From Vicinamibacterales bacterium (GTDB lineage Bacteria; Acidobacteriota; Vicinamibacteria; Vicinamibacterales; UBA8438), in NCBI GenBank assembly GCA_965208535.1, contig CBDBOU010000003.1:132638-196637 (forward strand): DNA of 64,000 bases, written 5' to 3'. Shown piece by piece: positions 43,382-53,626 of this stretch (within the stretch, counting starts at the first letter, position 1; each line of letters begins with the position of its first letter). The notes beneath the pieces were generated by a model. That model was not told the origin of the DNA, ran no database searches, and worked only from the letters and a program-made list of their open reading frames with translations. Position numbers and translations under genes: made by a program.

Positions 43382-44454
43382 TGCGCGCCTCCATCGCACT
43401 GCTGCCCGGGGACGGTATCGGTCCGGAGGTAATCGACGCCGCGGCGGAGGTCCTGAAAGCCGTCGGCGCGCGTCACGGCCACGGGTTCGCCCTGACGCGC
43501 TCGCCGTTCGGGGCCGCCGCGCTACGCGCCGGCGGGCCGCCGTTGCCGCCGGCCACGCTCGACACGTGCCTGGCGGCCGACGCGGTGCTGCTCGGCGCGG
43601 TGGGCGATCCGGCTTTCAGCGAGGGACCGCGGGAGCGGCGGCCCGAGACCGGCCTGCTGGAGCTGCGCAAGGCGCTCGGCGTCTTCGCCAACCTGCGTCC
43701 GGCGCGGGTCTGGCCGGGGCTCGAGGAGGGCGGCTCGCTCAGGCCCGACACGCTGCGGGGCGTCGATCTGCTCATCGTCCGCGAGCTGATCGGCGGCATC
43801 TACTTCGGCGAGCCGCGCGGCCGTACCGAGGACGACCGCGAGGCGTTCGACACGATGCGCTACGCGGCGTACGAGATAGAGCGCATCGCTGCCGTCGCGT
43901 TCGAGAGCGCGCGCGGTCGGCGAAACCTGGTGACGTCGGTCGACAAGGCCAACGTGCTCGAGTCGTCGCGGCTGTGGCGCGAGGTGGTGTCCGAGGTCGC
44001 CTCCCGCTACCCGGACGTGAAGCTGGAGCACCAGCTCGTCGACTCGTGCGCGATGCGGCTGGTTTCGGATCCCGGCTCGTTCGACGTCATGCTGGCCGGC
44101 AACCTCTTCGGCGACATTCTCTCCGACGAGGCGGGCGCCGTGGTCGGCTCCCTCGGCCTGTTGCCGTCGGCCAGCGTGGGAGGCAGGGGAGGCCTGTTCG
44201 AGCCGGTCCACGGTTCCGCGCCGGACATCGCCGGCAGGAACCTTGCGAACCCGATCGGGGCCATCGCCTCGGCCGCCATGCTGCTGCGCCACGCGCTCGG
44301 CCTGGCCGCCGAGGCGGACGCCGTCGAAGGGGCGATCGGCGCGGCGCTCGACGCCGGCTGCCGGACCGCGGACCTGGCGCGGGAAGGGGAGTCTTCCCTG
44401 AGCTGCACGGAGATGACGCGGGCCATCGTCGAGCGGCTCGATCCCAACGGGTAA
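43381..44454 (+). CDS. leuB: 3-isopropylmalate dehydrogenase
   Basis: GDGIGPEV, NLRP, VDKANVL, NLFGDILSD, EPVHGSAPDIAG. Confidence 0.96.
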   Translation: MRASIALLPGDGIGPEVIDAAAEVLKAVGARHGHGFALTRSPFGAAALRAGGPPLPPATLDTCLAADAVLLGAVGDPAFSEGPRERRPETGLLELRKALGVFANLRPARVWPGLEEGGSLRPDTLRGVDLLIVRELIGGIYFGEPRGRTEDDREAFDTMRYAAYEIERIAAVAFESARGRRNLVTSVDKANVLESSRLWREVVSEVASRYPDVKLEHQLVDSCAMRLVSDPGSFDVMLAGNLFGDILSDEAGAVVGSLGLLPSASVGGRGGLFEPVHGSAPDIAGRNLANPIGAIASAAMLLRHALGLAAEADAVEGAIGAALDAGCRTADLAREGESSLSCTEMTRAIVERLDPNG

Positions 44455-44510
44455 ACGGTTGTCGGCGCTCGGGCGTCCGTTGAAGGTAGCGGGTCGATGG
44501 GGGGGGAGAC

Positions 44511-47500
44511 TTGCCGTACCACGTCGTGAGAGTCGTTGCCCGCCGCGCCGCGCCGGCGGGGCTGGCGCTGCTGGTCGCATCGTCCGTCCTGGCGATTCCG
44601 GCCGTCTCGTTCGCGCAGCTCGCGCGAGGCGCCGCCGCCGTGCTGGAGCAAGGCCCGCTGGCGCACGGCGCCCTGGCCGTGGCCCCTTTCGTCAACATTA
44701 CCGCGGAGCCGTCCGACGACTGGGTCGGCACCGGGATCGCGGAGACGGTGTCGGCCGATCTCGAGCGGCGCGACGAGCTGTCCGTCGTCGGGCGCGAGGC
44801 ACTGCTCGACGAGATCTCGGCGGCCGGCTTCGATCCCGACCGGGCCGCGGCCGGCGATGCGGAACGGACCGTGCGCGAAGCGAGCCGCCGGCTGGGCGCA
44901 GCCTGGCTCGTCACCGGCGGTTATCAGCGCATCGGCGATCGGATGCGCATCACCGCGCGGCTGATCGACACGGGGACCGGCGCCGTCGACCTGTTCGCCC
45001 TCCAGGACCAGGTCGTGCGCCAGCTCGACGCGGCATTCGACGCGGCGGCGAACGGCGGCATGTATCCGGCCGGCAACGGGAACGGCAACGGGAACGGCAA
45101 CGCCGGCAGGGCGTTCGGCGGGATCGCGCCGAGCGGGCCCGGCGCCCAGCCGCCGGCGGGGCGTGGCGGAGCGGCTCGCGCGCCCGGCCGGCTAGCGGGC
45201 CTTCCGCCGCGGACCGGGCGGGGCGGACCCGCGGGCGGACCGGGCGGACCCGCGGGTGGGCGCTTCGCGCCGGCCGCCGCCGCGGCGCGTCCGGTGCCGC
45301 TGCCGCCCGCCGAGGTGACCGGCAGCGTCGTGCTGGGGGCGCCGGCAGCGTCGGGCGGCGCCGCGCCGGCCGCCGGGCTCGCCGCCGCCGCCGGCATCCT
45401 CACCGGACGTCCGACGCTCCGCCCCACGCGCACGGAGGTGCGCCCCGACATCGACGGCCGCCTAGACGACCTGGTCTGGCGGGACGCGGTGCGCATCACC
45501 GAGTTCGTCCAGGAGTCGCCGCTCGAGGGCGCGCCGGCCACCGAGGACACCGAGGTCTGGATCAGCTACGACGACCAGAACCTGTACGTGGCGGTGCACG
45601 CGCACTACGAGGATCCCGGCATCATGCGGGCGACCCGGGTCGACCGCGACCAGTCGTGGCGCGACGACAACATCACGGTCTACTTCGACCCGTTCCTCGA
45701 CCAGCAGCGGGCCTATGCCCTGTCGGTCAACGGCTACAACGTGCAGGGCGACGAGATCGTCAACGCGCGCGGCCGCACCGGCAGAGGCGGGGGTGGCGGC
45801 GGCGGCCGCAGCGGCGGCGGCGGCGGGTTCCGGGCGCAGGGCATCCCGTGGGGCGACCGCTCGTGGGACGCCCTGTTCGACAGCGGCGCGCAGATCGTCG
45901 ACGACGGCTTCACGGCCGAGATGGCGATTCCGTTCAAGAGCCTGCGCTATCCGCAACGGGGCCGTGACGTCCCGCACCGCTGGGCGTTCCAGATCGTGCG
46001 CGAGATCCGGCACAAGGACGAGAACGTCGTCTGGGCGCCGATCTCGCGCGGCGTGGCCGGCTTCCTGCCCCAGATGGGGCTGCTCGAGGGGATGACGAAC
46101 CTCTCGCTGAGCCGCAACCTGGAGATCATGCCGGTGGCCACCGGCATCCAGCTCGGATCGCTCGACACGTCGAACGGGGCCTTCGTGACGGACAAGGCGC
46201 AGCCGGAAGCGGGCGTCAACGTCAAGTACGGCATCACGTCGAACCTGACCGCCGACTTCACGCTCAACCCGGACTTCTCGCAGATAGAGTCCGACCGCCC
46301 GCAGATCGAGATCAACCAGCGCTTCGCCCTCTTCTACCCGGAGTTGCGGCCGTTCTTCCTGGAGGGCGCCGAGATCTTCAACGTGTTCGGGCCGATCAAC
46401 TTCGTGCACACCCGAACCATCCGCGATCCCGACTGGGGCGCGAAGATCACCGGCAAGGTGGGCCGCACGTCGGTCGGCTTCCTCGCCGCGAACGACGCCG
46501 CGGCCGGCTCGGTGGCCGGACTCGGCGGGCCGCTCGGCGATTCCGCCGCGAACGTCGTCATCGGGCGGGCGCGGTACGACCTCTACGCCGAGTCGCACAT
46601 CGGCGCGATGGTGACCAACCGCGACTTCCTCGGCAGCTACAGCCGCATGGCGCTGGCCGACGGCGCCTTCCGGCTGGGCCGGACGCAGTCGGTCGGGTTC
46701 GCCGCGGTCCAGGCCGACAACCGCGACCTCGACGGCATCGACTCCCGCGGCACGCTGCTCGACGTCAACTACCGGCTGCAGGGCCGACACTGGAACATCT
46801 TCAACGGCACCTACCTGCTGTCGCCCGACTTCCGGACCGACGTGGGCTTCGTGCAGCGCACCGACCAGCAGCGCAACGTCACCACCCTCGGGTACCGGTT
46901 CTGGCCCGAGAGCTGGATCATCAACTGGGGGCCCAGCGTCACCTACGGCCGCAACTGGAACTTCGAGGACGTGCTCGAGGACGAGCAGTTCGAGGCCAGA
47001 CTCAGCACGACGTTCGCCAACAACATCAGCGGCAGCGTCAGCGTGACCCGCGACATGGAGCGCTTCCTCGGCGTGAATTTCCGGAAGTCCGGGTACCGCG
47101 CCTTCGGCCGCATCAGCAGCAGCCGCAAGTACTCCATCGGCGGGTTCTACCGCTACGGCGACGAGGTGCGGTACCAGGAGAACCCGTTCCTCGGGCGCGG
47201 CGGCAGCGGCGGGATGTTCATCACGCTGCGGCCGGTGTCGCGGTTCCAGTCGCAGATCAACCTGAACACGAGCCGGCTGATCGATCCGCGCGTCGACCCC
47301 AGCGTCGGGGACCCGCTGGTCTTCGACGTCACGATCGTGCGCGCCCTGAGCAACTACCAGTTCACCGACCGGCTGGCGTACCGGAACATCGTCGAGTTCA
47401 ACACGCTGCAGCGCACCGTCGGGCTCAACATGCTGGTGAGCTACCGGGTCAACGCGGGGACGGTGTTCTACATCGGCTACGACGACCGCTACCGGCAGGC

Positions 47501-47627
47501 CGACCGCATCCTGGGCGAGGACTTCGACGGCGACGGCATCGCCGACTACCTGTTCCCGTCGGTCGACACGCTGCAGCGCACCAACCGGGCGTTCTTCACG
47601 AAGTTCCAGTACCTGTTCCGGTATTGA
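44511..47627 (+). CDS. FlgO/TolB_N-like + CBM9-like + DUF5916 outer-membrane protein, paralogue 1
   Basis: DDWVGTGIAET, RITARLID, DGRLDD, EMAIPFKSLRY, NPDFSQIE, FFLEG, KFQYLFRY. Confidence 0.8.
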   Translation: MPYHVVRVVARRAAPAGLALLVASSVLAIPAVSFAQLARGAAAVLEQGPLAHGALAVAPFVNITAEPSDDWVGTGIAETVSADLERRDELSVVGREALLDEISAAGFDPDRAAAGDAERTVREASRRLGAAWLVTGGYQRIGDRMRITARLIDTGTGAVDLFALQDQVVRQLDAAFDAAANGGMYPAGNGNGNGNGNAGRAFGGIAPSGPGAQPPAGRGGAARAPGRLAGLPPRTGRGGPAGGPGGPAGGRFAPAAAAARPVPLPPAEVTGSVVLGAPAASGGAAPAAGLAAAAGILTGRPTLRPTRTEVRPDIDGRLDDLVWRDAVRITEFVQESPLEGAPATEDTEVWISYDDQNLYVAVHAHYEDPGIMRATRVDRDQSWRDDNITVYFDPFLDQQRAYALSVNGYNVQGDEIVNARGRTGRGGGGGGGRSGGGGGFRAQGIPWGDRSWDALFDSGAQIVDDGFTAEMAIPFKSLRYPQRGRDVPHRWAFQIVREIRHKDENVVWAPISRGVAGFLPQMGLLEGMTNLSLSRNLEIMPVATGIQLGSLDTSNGAFVTDKAQPEAGVNVKYGITSNLTADFTLNPDFSQIESDRPQIEINQRFALFYPELRPFFLEGAEIFNVFGPINFVHTRTIRDPDWGAKITGKVGRTSVGFLAANDAAAGSVAGLGGPLGDSAANVVIGRARYDLYAESHIGAMVTNRDFLGSYSRMALADGAFRLGRTQSVGFAAVQADNRDLDGIDSRGTLLDVNYRLQGRHWNIFNGTYLLSPDFRTDVGFVQRTDQQRNVTTLGYRFWPESWIINWGPSVTYGRNWNFEDVLEDEQFEARLSTTFANNISGSVSVTRDMERFLGVNFRKSGYRAFGRISSSRKYSIGGFYRYGDEVRYQENPFLGRGGSGGMFITLRPVSRFQSQINLNTSRLIDPRVDPSVGDPLVFDVTIVRALSNYQFTDRLAYRNIVEFNTLQRTVGLNMLVSYRVNAGTVFYIGYDDRYRQADRILGEDFDGDGIADYLFPSVDTLQRTNRAFFTKFQYLFRY

Positions 47628-47753
47628 GCGTCGTGGTCCGGCGCACGACTTCCGGGCGGGATGGATCGGAGGCGCCGTGTACGGGATACCCTCATCCGCT
47701 ATGATAGTGGGCTAAATGTCGTCGGCATCCGGCCCGCGAGCAAGGTGGTAGAT

Positions 47754-50732
47754 GTGCGCCATCTGATTGGCATTCTTGTCATCGTCACGGGCGCAAGCCT
47801 GTTTTCGGCGGTTGTCGGCGCCCAGGAAGGGTTGCCCGTCGTGTCCCCGTCCCGCTGGGCGCCGGTCGAGCCGGGTGCCGTGGCCGTCGTCCCGTTCACG
47901 AACATCTCCGCGCTGCCCGCCGACGACTGGGTCGGTGCCGGCATCGCCGAGACGCTGACCGCCGACCTGGAACGGCTCGACGCGGTGTCGGTGGTTCGCG
48001 GCGAGGGACTGATCGCCGAGGCGCGTGCACTCGGCGCGGGCATGGCATCGTCGGCGGCGGGCGACGCCGAGCGGTGGATGCGGGAGGTCAGCCGCCGGCG
48101 CGGGGCCGCCTGGCTGGTCACCGGCGGCTATCAGCGTCTCGGCGATCGGGTACGGATCACCGCCCGGCTGATCGACACCGCGAGCGGTACGGTTGCCGGC
48201 GGCGCCAGGGCGGATGGCGCCGCCGACGAAATCTTCACGCTCCAGGACCGCATCGGGGCCGAGCTCACGGGTGCGCTCGTCTCGCAGGCGGACGCCGGTC
48301 GGACCGCCGTGCAGGCGCTCCCCCCGCGCGCGTACCGCGCCAGCGAGTACGGCGCCGGTAACGGCAATGGGAACGGGAACGGGATGCTCCCGCCGCGCCG
48401 GATGCCATCCGCCGCCGCCGTCGCGCCGCCGGCCCGGCCCCGCCCCGCGCCCGTCGAGACGGACGTGAACGGCGAGATCGCCTTGGGCGGCGCACCGATG
48501 TCGGCCGGTTTCGGCGTGGCGGAGGGGGTTGGCATCCTGACCGGGCGTCCGACCATGCGCCCGCCGCGAGCCCGCCAGCAGCCGCGGGTAGACGGGCGAC
48601 TCGACGACGCGGTCTGGCGCAATGCGCTCCACATCACCGACTTCGTGCAGCAGAACCCGGTGGAGGGAGCGCCGGCGACCGAGGCCACCGACGTCTGGAT
48701 CGCCTACGACAGCCAGAACTTCTACCTCGCGGTGCACGCCCACTACTCGGATCCGAGCCTGATGCGCGCCAACCGCAACGACCGCGACCAGGCGTTCGAG
48801 GACGACAACATAGCGATCTACTTCGACACGTTCCTCGACCAGAACCGCGCCTACCGCTTCAGCGTCAACGGCTACGGCGTGCAGGGCGACGCCGTCGTCA
48901 ACGCGCGGGGGTACAGCCGCAGGGCGCGCGGCCGGCGAACCGGCAGCTACTCCATGTCCCGCAACCAGATCCCCACCGGAGACTCGTCCTGGGACGCGCT
49001 CTTCGACAGCGGTGGGCAGATCGTCGACGACGGCTTCACGGCCGAGATGGCGATCCCGTTCAAGAGCCTGCGCTATCCGGAGCGCGACCGGGACATTCCG
49101 CACCGCTGGGGTTTCCAGATCGTGCGGGAGGTGCGCGGCAAGGACGAGAACCAGGTCTGGGCGCCGGTGACGCGCAACATCTCGGGCTTCCTGACGCAGG
49201 TGGGGCTCCTGGAGGGGATGACCAACCTCTCGATGAGCCGCAACCTGGAGATCCTGCCGACGTTCACCGGCATTCAGCGCGGTTCTCTCGACAGCCGGGG
49301 CGACTTCGTGAACAAGGACCCGTCGCCCGAGGGCGGGCTCAACGTCAAGTACGGCATCACGTCGAACCTGACCGCGGACGTGACCGTCAACCCCGACTTC
49401 TCCCAGATCGAGTCGGATCTGCCGCAGATCGAGGTCAACCAGCGCTTCGCGCTCCGCTATCCGGAGTTGCGCCCGTTCTTCCTGGAGGGCGCCGAGATCT
49501 TCCAGATGCTCGGTCCGCTCACCTTCGTCCACACGCGGACCATCGTCGATCCGGAGTTCGGCGCGAAGCTGACCGGGAAGGTGGGCAATACGACCCTCGG
49601 CGTGATCGCGGCCAACGACGAGGCGCCGGGCCGGGTCGAGCCGGGCAACCTGGCGTACGGCCGCAAGGCGAACAACTTCGTCGGACGGGCGCGCTACGAC
49701 CTGTACGCCGAGTCCTACCTCGGGGCGATCTTCACGCACCGGGGCTTCATGGACAGCCACAGCACGCTGGGGGCCGTGGACGGCAACTTCCGCGTGGGGC
49801 AAACCCAGGGCGTCGGGTTCAAGCTCGCCCAGACGGACCACCGCGACATGGACGGCGTCAGCCGCCAGGGCCAGATGGTCGACCTCAGCTACCGGCTGAA
49901 CAGCCGGCACTGGAACAGCTTCGTGGCGGTATACACCCTGTCGCCCGACTTTCGGCACGACGTCGGCTTCGTGCGGCGGGTCGACACCAAGCGCCTCTAC
50001 AGTCGGCTCGGCTACAACTTCTGGCCCGAGAGCTGGATCGTCAACTGGGGGCCGAGCATCCAGTACGGCCGCAACCACAACTTCGCCAACGATCTGGACG
50101 ACGAAGACGTCCGGCTCGGGTTCAACGCCCGTTTTGCGCGGAACATCAGCTTCAATGCCGACGTGCGCGAGGAGATGGAACGCTACCGCGGCGTCAACTT
50201 CCACAAGCGCGCGGTGTCGGTCGGCGGGGAGGTCAACACGAACCGGATGCTGGTCTTCGGCGGTTACTACCGCCAGGGCGACGAGGTCAAGTACCAGGAG
50301 AACCCCTATCTCGGCAAGGGGGGCAGCGGCAGCTTCTTCGCCGCGTTGCGGCCGGTCTCGCGGTTCCAGTCCGAGCTGAATCTCAGCGTGAGCGACTTCA
50401 TCGACCTGCGCAACGGCGCGGACACGATCTTCGACGTGAAGATCCTCCGTACCCTGAGCACCTACCAGTTCACCGACCGCTTCATGCTGCGCAACATTGC
50501 CGAGTACAACACGTTCGATCGGAAGTTCGGCCTGAACTGGCTGCTCACGTACCGCGTGAACGCGGGGACCGCCTTCTATGTGGGCTACGACGACCACTAC
50601 CAGCAGGCGGATCGGCTGTACGGAGACGTCGACGGCGACGGGTTCGAAGATCAGTTGTTCCCGACGCTGACGTTCATGCAGCAGACCAACCGCGCCGTCT
50701 TCACGAAGGTCCAGTACCTGTTCCGCTACTGA
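47754..50732 (+). CDS. FlgO/TolB_N-like + CBM9-like + DUF5916 outer-membrane protein, paralogue 2
   Basis: Same motif series as paralogue 1; signal peptide. Confidence 0.8.
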   Translation: MRHLIGILVIVTGASLFSAVVGAQEGLPVVSPSRWAPVEPGAVAVVPFTNISALPADDWVGAGIAETLTADLERLDAVSVVRGEGLIAEARALGAGMASSAAGDAERWMREVSRRRGAAWLVTGGYQRLGDRVRITARLIDTASGTVAGGARADGAADEIFTLQDRIGAELTGALVSQADAGRTAVQALPPRAYRASEYGAGNGNGNGNGMLPPRRMPSAAAVAPPARPRPAPVETDVNGEIALGGAPMSAGFGVAEGVGILTGRPTMRPPRARQQPRVDGRLDDAVWRNALHITDFVQQNPVEGAPATEATDVWIAYDSQNFYLAVHAHYSDPSLMRANRNDRDQAFEDDNIAIYFDTFLDQNRAYRFSVNGYGVQGDAVVNARGYSRRARGRRTGSYSMSRNQIPTGDSSWDALFDSGGQIVDDGFTAEMAIPFKSLRYPERDRDIPHRWGFQIVREVRGKDENQVWAPVTRNISGFLTQVGLLEGMTNLSMSRNLEILPTFTGIQRGSLDSRGDFVNKDPSPEGGLNVKYGITSNLTADVTVNPDFSQIESDLPQIEVNQRFALRYPELRPFFLEGAEIFQMLGPLTFVHTRTIVDPEFGAKLTGKVGNTTLGVIAANDEAPGRVEPGNLAYGRKANNFVGRARYDLYAESYLGAIFTHRGFMDSHSTLGAVDGNFRVGQTQGVGFKLAQTDHRDMDGVSRQGQMVDLSYRLNSRHWNSFVAVYTLSPDFRHDVGFVRRVDTKRLYSRLGYNFWPESWIVNWGPSIQYGRNHNFANDLDDEDVRLGFNARFARNISFNADVREEMERYRGVNFHKRAVSVGGEVNTNRMLVFGGYYRQGDEVKYQENPYLGKGGSGSFFAALRPVSRFQSELNLSVSDFIDLRNGADTIFDVKILRTLSTYQFTDRFMLRNIAEYNTFDRKFGLNWLLTYRVNAGTAFYVGYDDHYQQADRLYGDVDGDGFEDQLFPTLTFMQQTNRAVFTKVQYLFRY

Positions 50733-50867
50733 CCTGCCTTGCTACGATTACCGGGCAGGACGCCGTTGCCGGGCGCGCCCCGCACCGTTCTTGCTGAACC
50801 CGGCACTGTCGTTCCGAACAATCGTCGCCATTTCGCGCCGGCCGGGTCGGCGCACCGAGGTTACGCC

Positions 50868-51998
50868 ATGAAGACTCGCTCTTGCTCGATCCTCTTCGCG
50901 CTCGCACTGGCGGCCGCGGCAGCGCCGGTCGCCGCCCAGGGCGATGGCCCGCAGCTCGACAAGCTGACCCTGCCGGACGGCTTCTCCATCGAGGTCTACG
51001 CGCCCGACGTGCCGAACGCGCGGCAACTGTCGCTCAGCCCGAACGGGACGCTCTTCGTCAGCACCCGCCGGCTCGGCAACGTCTACGCGGTGCGCGACGA
51101 CGACGGCGATCAGAAGGCCGACCGCGTGCTGACGCTCGACAGCGGCCTCAACATGCCGAACGGGGTCGCGTTCCGCGACGGCGATCTCTACGTCGCCGAG
51201 GTCAACCGCGTCCTGCGCTACGACGACATCGAGGCGCACCTCGAGGCGCCGCCCGAGCCGGTGGTCGTCAACGACGAGTTCCCGACCGACCGGGCCCACG
51301 GCTGGAAGTTCATCGCGTTCGGTCCCGACGGCCGCCTCTACGTGCCGGTCGGCGCGCCGTGCAACGTCTGCGACCACGAGGCGACCACGCCCATCTACTC
51401 CACCATCAACAGCATGAACGCGGACGGGAGCGACCTGCGGATCTACGCGCACGGCATCCGCAACACGGTCGGCTTCGCCTGGCACCCCGAGACCGACGAG
51501 CTCTGGTTCACCAACAACGGCCGCGACCGTCTGGGCGACACGCAGCCGGCCGACACGTTGCACCACGCGCCGGAGCCAGGCCTGCACTTCGGCTTCCCGT
51601 TCTGTCACCAGGGCGACATCCAGGATCCCGAGTTCAACACGCGCCCGTGCAGCGAGTTCCGCCCGCCGGCGCAGAAGCTGGGCCCCCACGTCGCCTCGCT
51701 CGGCATGCGGTTCTATACCGGCGACATGTTCCCGGCCGAGTACCACAACCAGATCATCATCGCGGAGCACGGTTCGTGGAACCGGACCCCGGAGGCGGGC
51801 CACACCGGCTACCGTCTGACGGTGGCGAAGCTCGACGGCGACCAGGTGACCGACTACGAGGTGTTCTCCGAGGGCTGGCTGGAGGAGGACAATACGTGGT
51901 GGGGGCGTCCGGTGGATGTGCAGGTTATGCCGGACGGGGCGCTGCTGGTCAGCGACGACACGGCGGGGGCGATCTACCGGATCACGTACTCGGAGTAG
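50868..51998 (+). CDS. Glucose/sorbosone dehydrogenase family (soluble PQQ-dependent-like) beta-propeller
   Basis: Signal peptide; HGWKFIAFGPDG, GAPCNVC, GIRN, HVASLGM, GRPVDV. Confidence 0.88.
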   Translation: MKTRSCSILFALALAAAAAPVAAQGDGPQLDKLTLPDGFSIEVYAPDVPNARQLSLSPNGTLFVSTRRLGNVYAVRDDDGDQKADRVLTLDSGLNMPNGVAFRDGDLYVAEVNRVLRYDDIEAHLEAPPEPVVVNDEFPTDRAHGWKFIAFGPDGRLYVPVGAPCNVCDHEATTPIYSTINSMNADGSDLRIYAHGIRNTVGFAWHPETDELWFTNNGRDRLGDTQPADTLHHAPEPGLHFGFPFCHQGDIQDPEFNTRPCSEFRPPAQKLGPHVASLGMRFYTGDMFPAEYHNQIIIAEHGSWNRTPEAGHTGYRLTVAKLDGDQVTDYEVFSEGWLEEDNTWWGRPVDVQVMPDGALLVSDDTAGAIYRITYSE

Positions 51999-52182
51999 CG
52001 ATGCCGAGGGGCGCGGCGGACGTGCCCCTCTCGACTTCCCTTGCGGAAGTGCAGAAGGGGATAGGAACCGCGGAGCACAAGGCGTTCGTCGCGCGGCTAG
52101 CGGAGACGCGGAGCACCACATGAGCCCTCGGGTCGGTTGCGGCGTCGTGAAATCCTGGACGAGGTGGACGAAGCGGACCGCG

Positions 52183-53541
52183 ATGCTCCGAGTCGTGGTG
52201 CTCGCCGCTCTCGTCGCAGCGTCCTCGGTAGAAGCGACGGCGACCGGTGAGCAGAGCGTCGGCGCCCAGGCTGCGGCGGCCGTCGGCGGCCAGCTCACGC
52301 CGGAGCTGATCCGCGCGCGGACCGAGCGCGAGTGGAGCGTCAAGGCCGAGAAGATGCGGCGCCACCTGCTGCCGCTGATGCGGGCGCACGAGATCGACCT
52401 CTGGATCATCATGAGCCGCGAGAACGCCCCGGACCCGGCCCTGGAGCTGTTCGGCGGCTACGGGATCACCGGCTGGTACGGCCACCGCAACGCCTATCTG
52501 TTCTTCGACGCCGGTGAGGAAGGGCTGCAGACGACGGTCCTCGGGACGCACCTGAGCGGCCACCTCGCGCCGTTCTACGACACGCGCACGCTGTACGGCG
52601 AGGAAGGGCTCGCGCCGCACCTGCGGCGCTATATCGAGGAGCGGGACCTGCGGCGAATCGCCATCAACCAGTCGCGGACCATCAGCATGGCGGACGGGCT
52701 GACGGCGGAGCTGAAGGAATACCTGCTCGACGCCCTGGGGCCGCGGTACCATGATCGTCTCGTCTCGTCCGAGCCGCTCCTCGTCGAGTACGTCTCCACG
52801 CGCACGCCGGCCGAAGATGCGATCCAGCGGGAGGCGTCCGCGGCGACCTTCGCCATCCTGCGGCGGGCGCTGTCGAACGAGGTGATCACGGCGGGCCGGA
52901 CCACCCTGCTCGACGTCCACTACTGGATCACCGCCGAGTGGAAACGGCAGGGCTTCGAGTTCAACTTCCCGGCGTCGGTCGATCTGCAGCGCGCCGGCGC
53001 CGAGCCGCGGGACAGCGACGACGCGGTCATCCTACCCGGCGACCTGCTGCACGTCGACTTCGGGGTGCGCACTTCCGGCATCGTGGCCGACCAGCAGAAG
53101 ATGGCCTACGTCGTGCGGCCGGGCGAGGAGGAGCCGCCGGCCGGATTGCGCGCCGCGTTCGAGCGCTCGAACCGGATGGCGGAGATCATCCTGGAAGAGT
53201 TCGTGCCCGGCCGCACCGGCGTCGCCATCAAGACGGCGGCGGAGGCGCGGGCGGCCGACGAGGGGATCGACGCGCTGGTCTACTCGCACGCCCAGGGCAA
53301 CTGGGTGCACGACGCCGGCGTCTGGATGGTCTTCGACTGGCCTGACCGCTACGGCGACCACCCCCGGTTCCCGCTGCGCGCCGGGGAGTGGATCTCGCTG
53401 GAGTTCTCGATCACCGCGCCGGCACCCGAGTGGGACGGGCAGGCAGTCACCATCATGCGCGAGGAGGACACCCTCGTGCACGGGGACGGCCGCGTCGAGT
53501 ACCTGTCCGGGCCGCAGACGGAACTCTGGCTCATTCGCTGA
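52183..53541 (+). CDS. Secreted M24 (Xaa-Pro) metallopeptidase
   Basis: LHVDFG, DQQ, HAQG.WVH, ISLE, REED metal ligands. Confidence 0.85.
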   Translation: MLRVVVLAALVAASSVEATATGEQSVGAQAAAAVGGQLTPELIRARTEREWSVKAEKMRRHLLPLMRAHEIDLWIIMSRENAPDPALELFGGYGITGWYGHRNAYLFFDAGEEGLQTTVLGTHLSGHLAPFYDTRTLYGEEGLAPHLRRYIEERDLRRIAINQSRTISMADGLTAELKEYLLDALGPRYHDRLVSSEPLLVEYVSTRTPAEDAIQREASAATFAILRRALSNEVITAGRTTLLDVHYWITAEWKRQGFEFNFPASVDLQRAGAEPRDSDDAVILPGDLLHVDFGVRTSGIVADQQKMAYVVRPGEEEPPAGLRAAFERSNRMAEIILEEFVPGRTGVAIKTAAEARAADEGIDALVYSHAQGNWVHDAGVWMVFDWPDRYGDHPRFPLRAGEWISLEFSITAPAPEWDGQAVTIMREEDTLVHGDGRVEYLSGPQTELWLIR

Positions 53542-53626
53542 TCCGGTCGCGCTCGGATGCCCCCTCCCTGAGGGATTCCCGGCAGTAGCGTCGACGCGCG
53601 GCGTCGTGAGCCGGAATGCGCCGGCG

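Noticed and set aside
51999-52123. 41-aa ORF MPRGAADVPL... and hairpin between the dehydrogenase and peptidase genes
   Set aside because: No recognisable family, no second copy in the window
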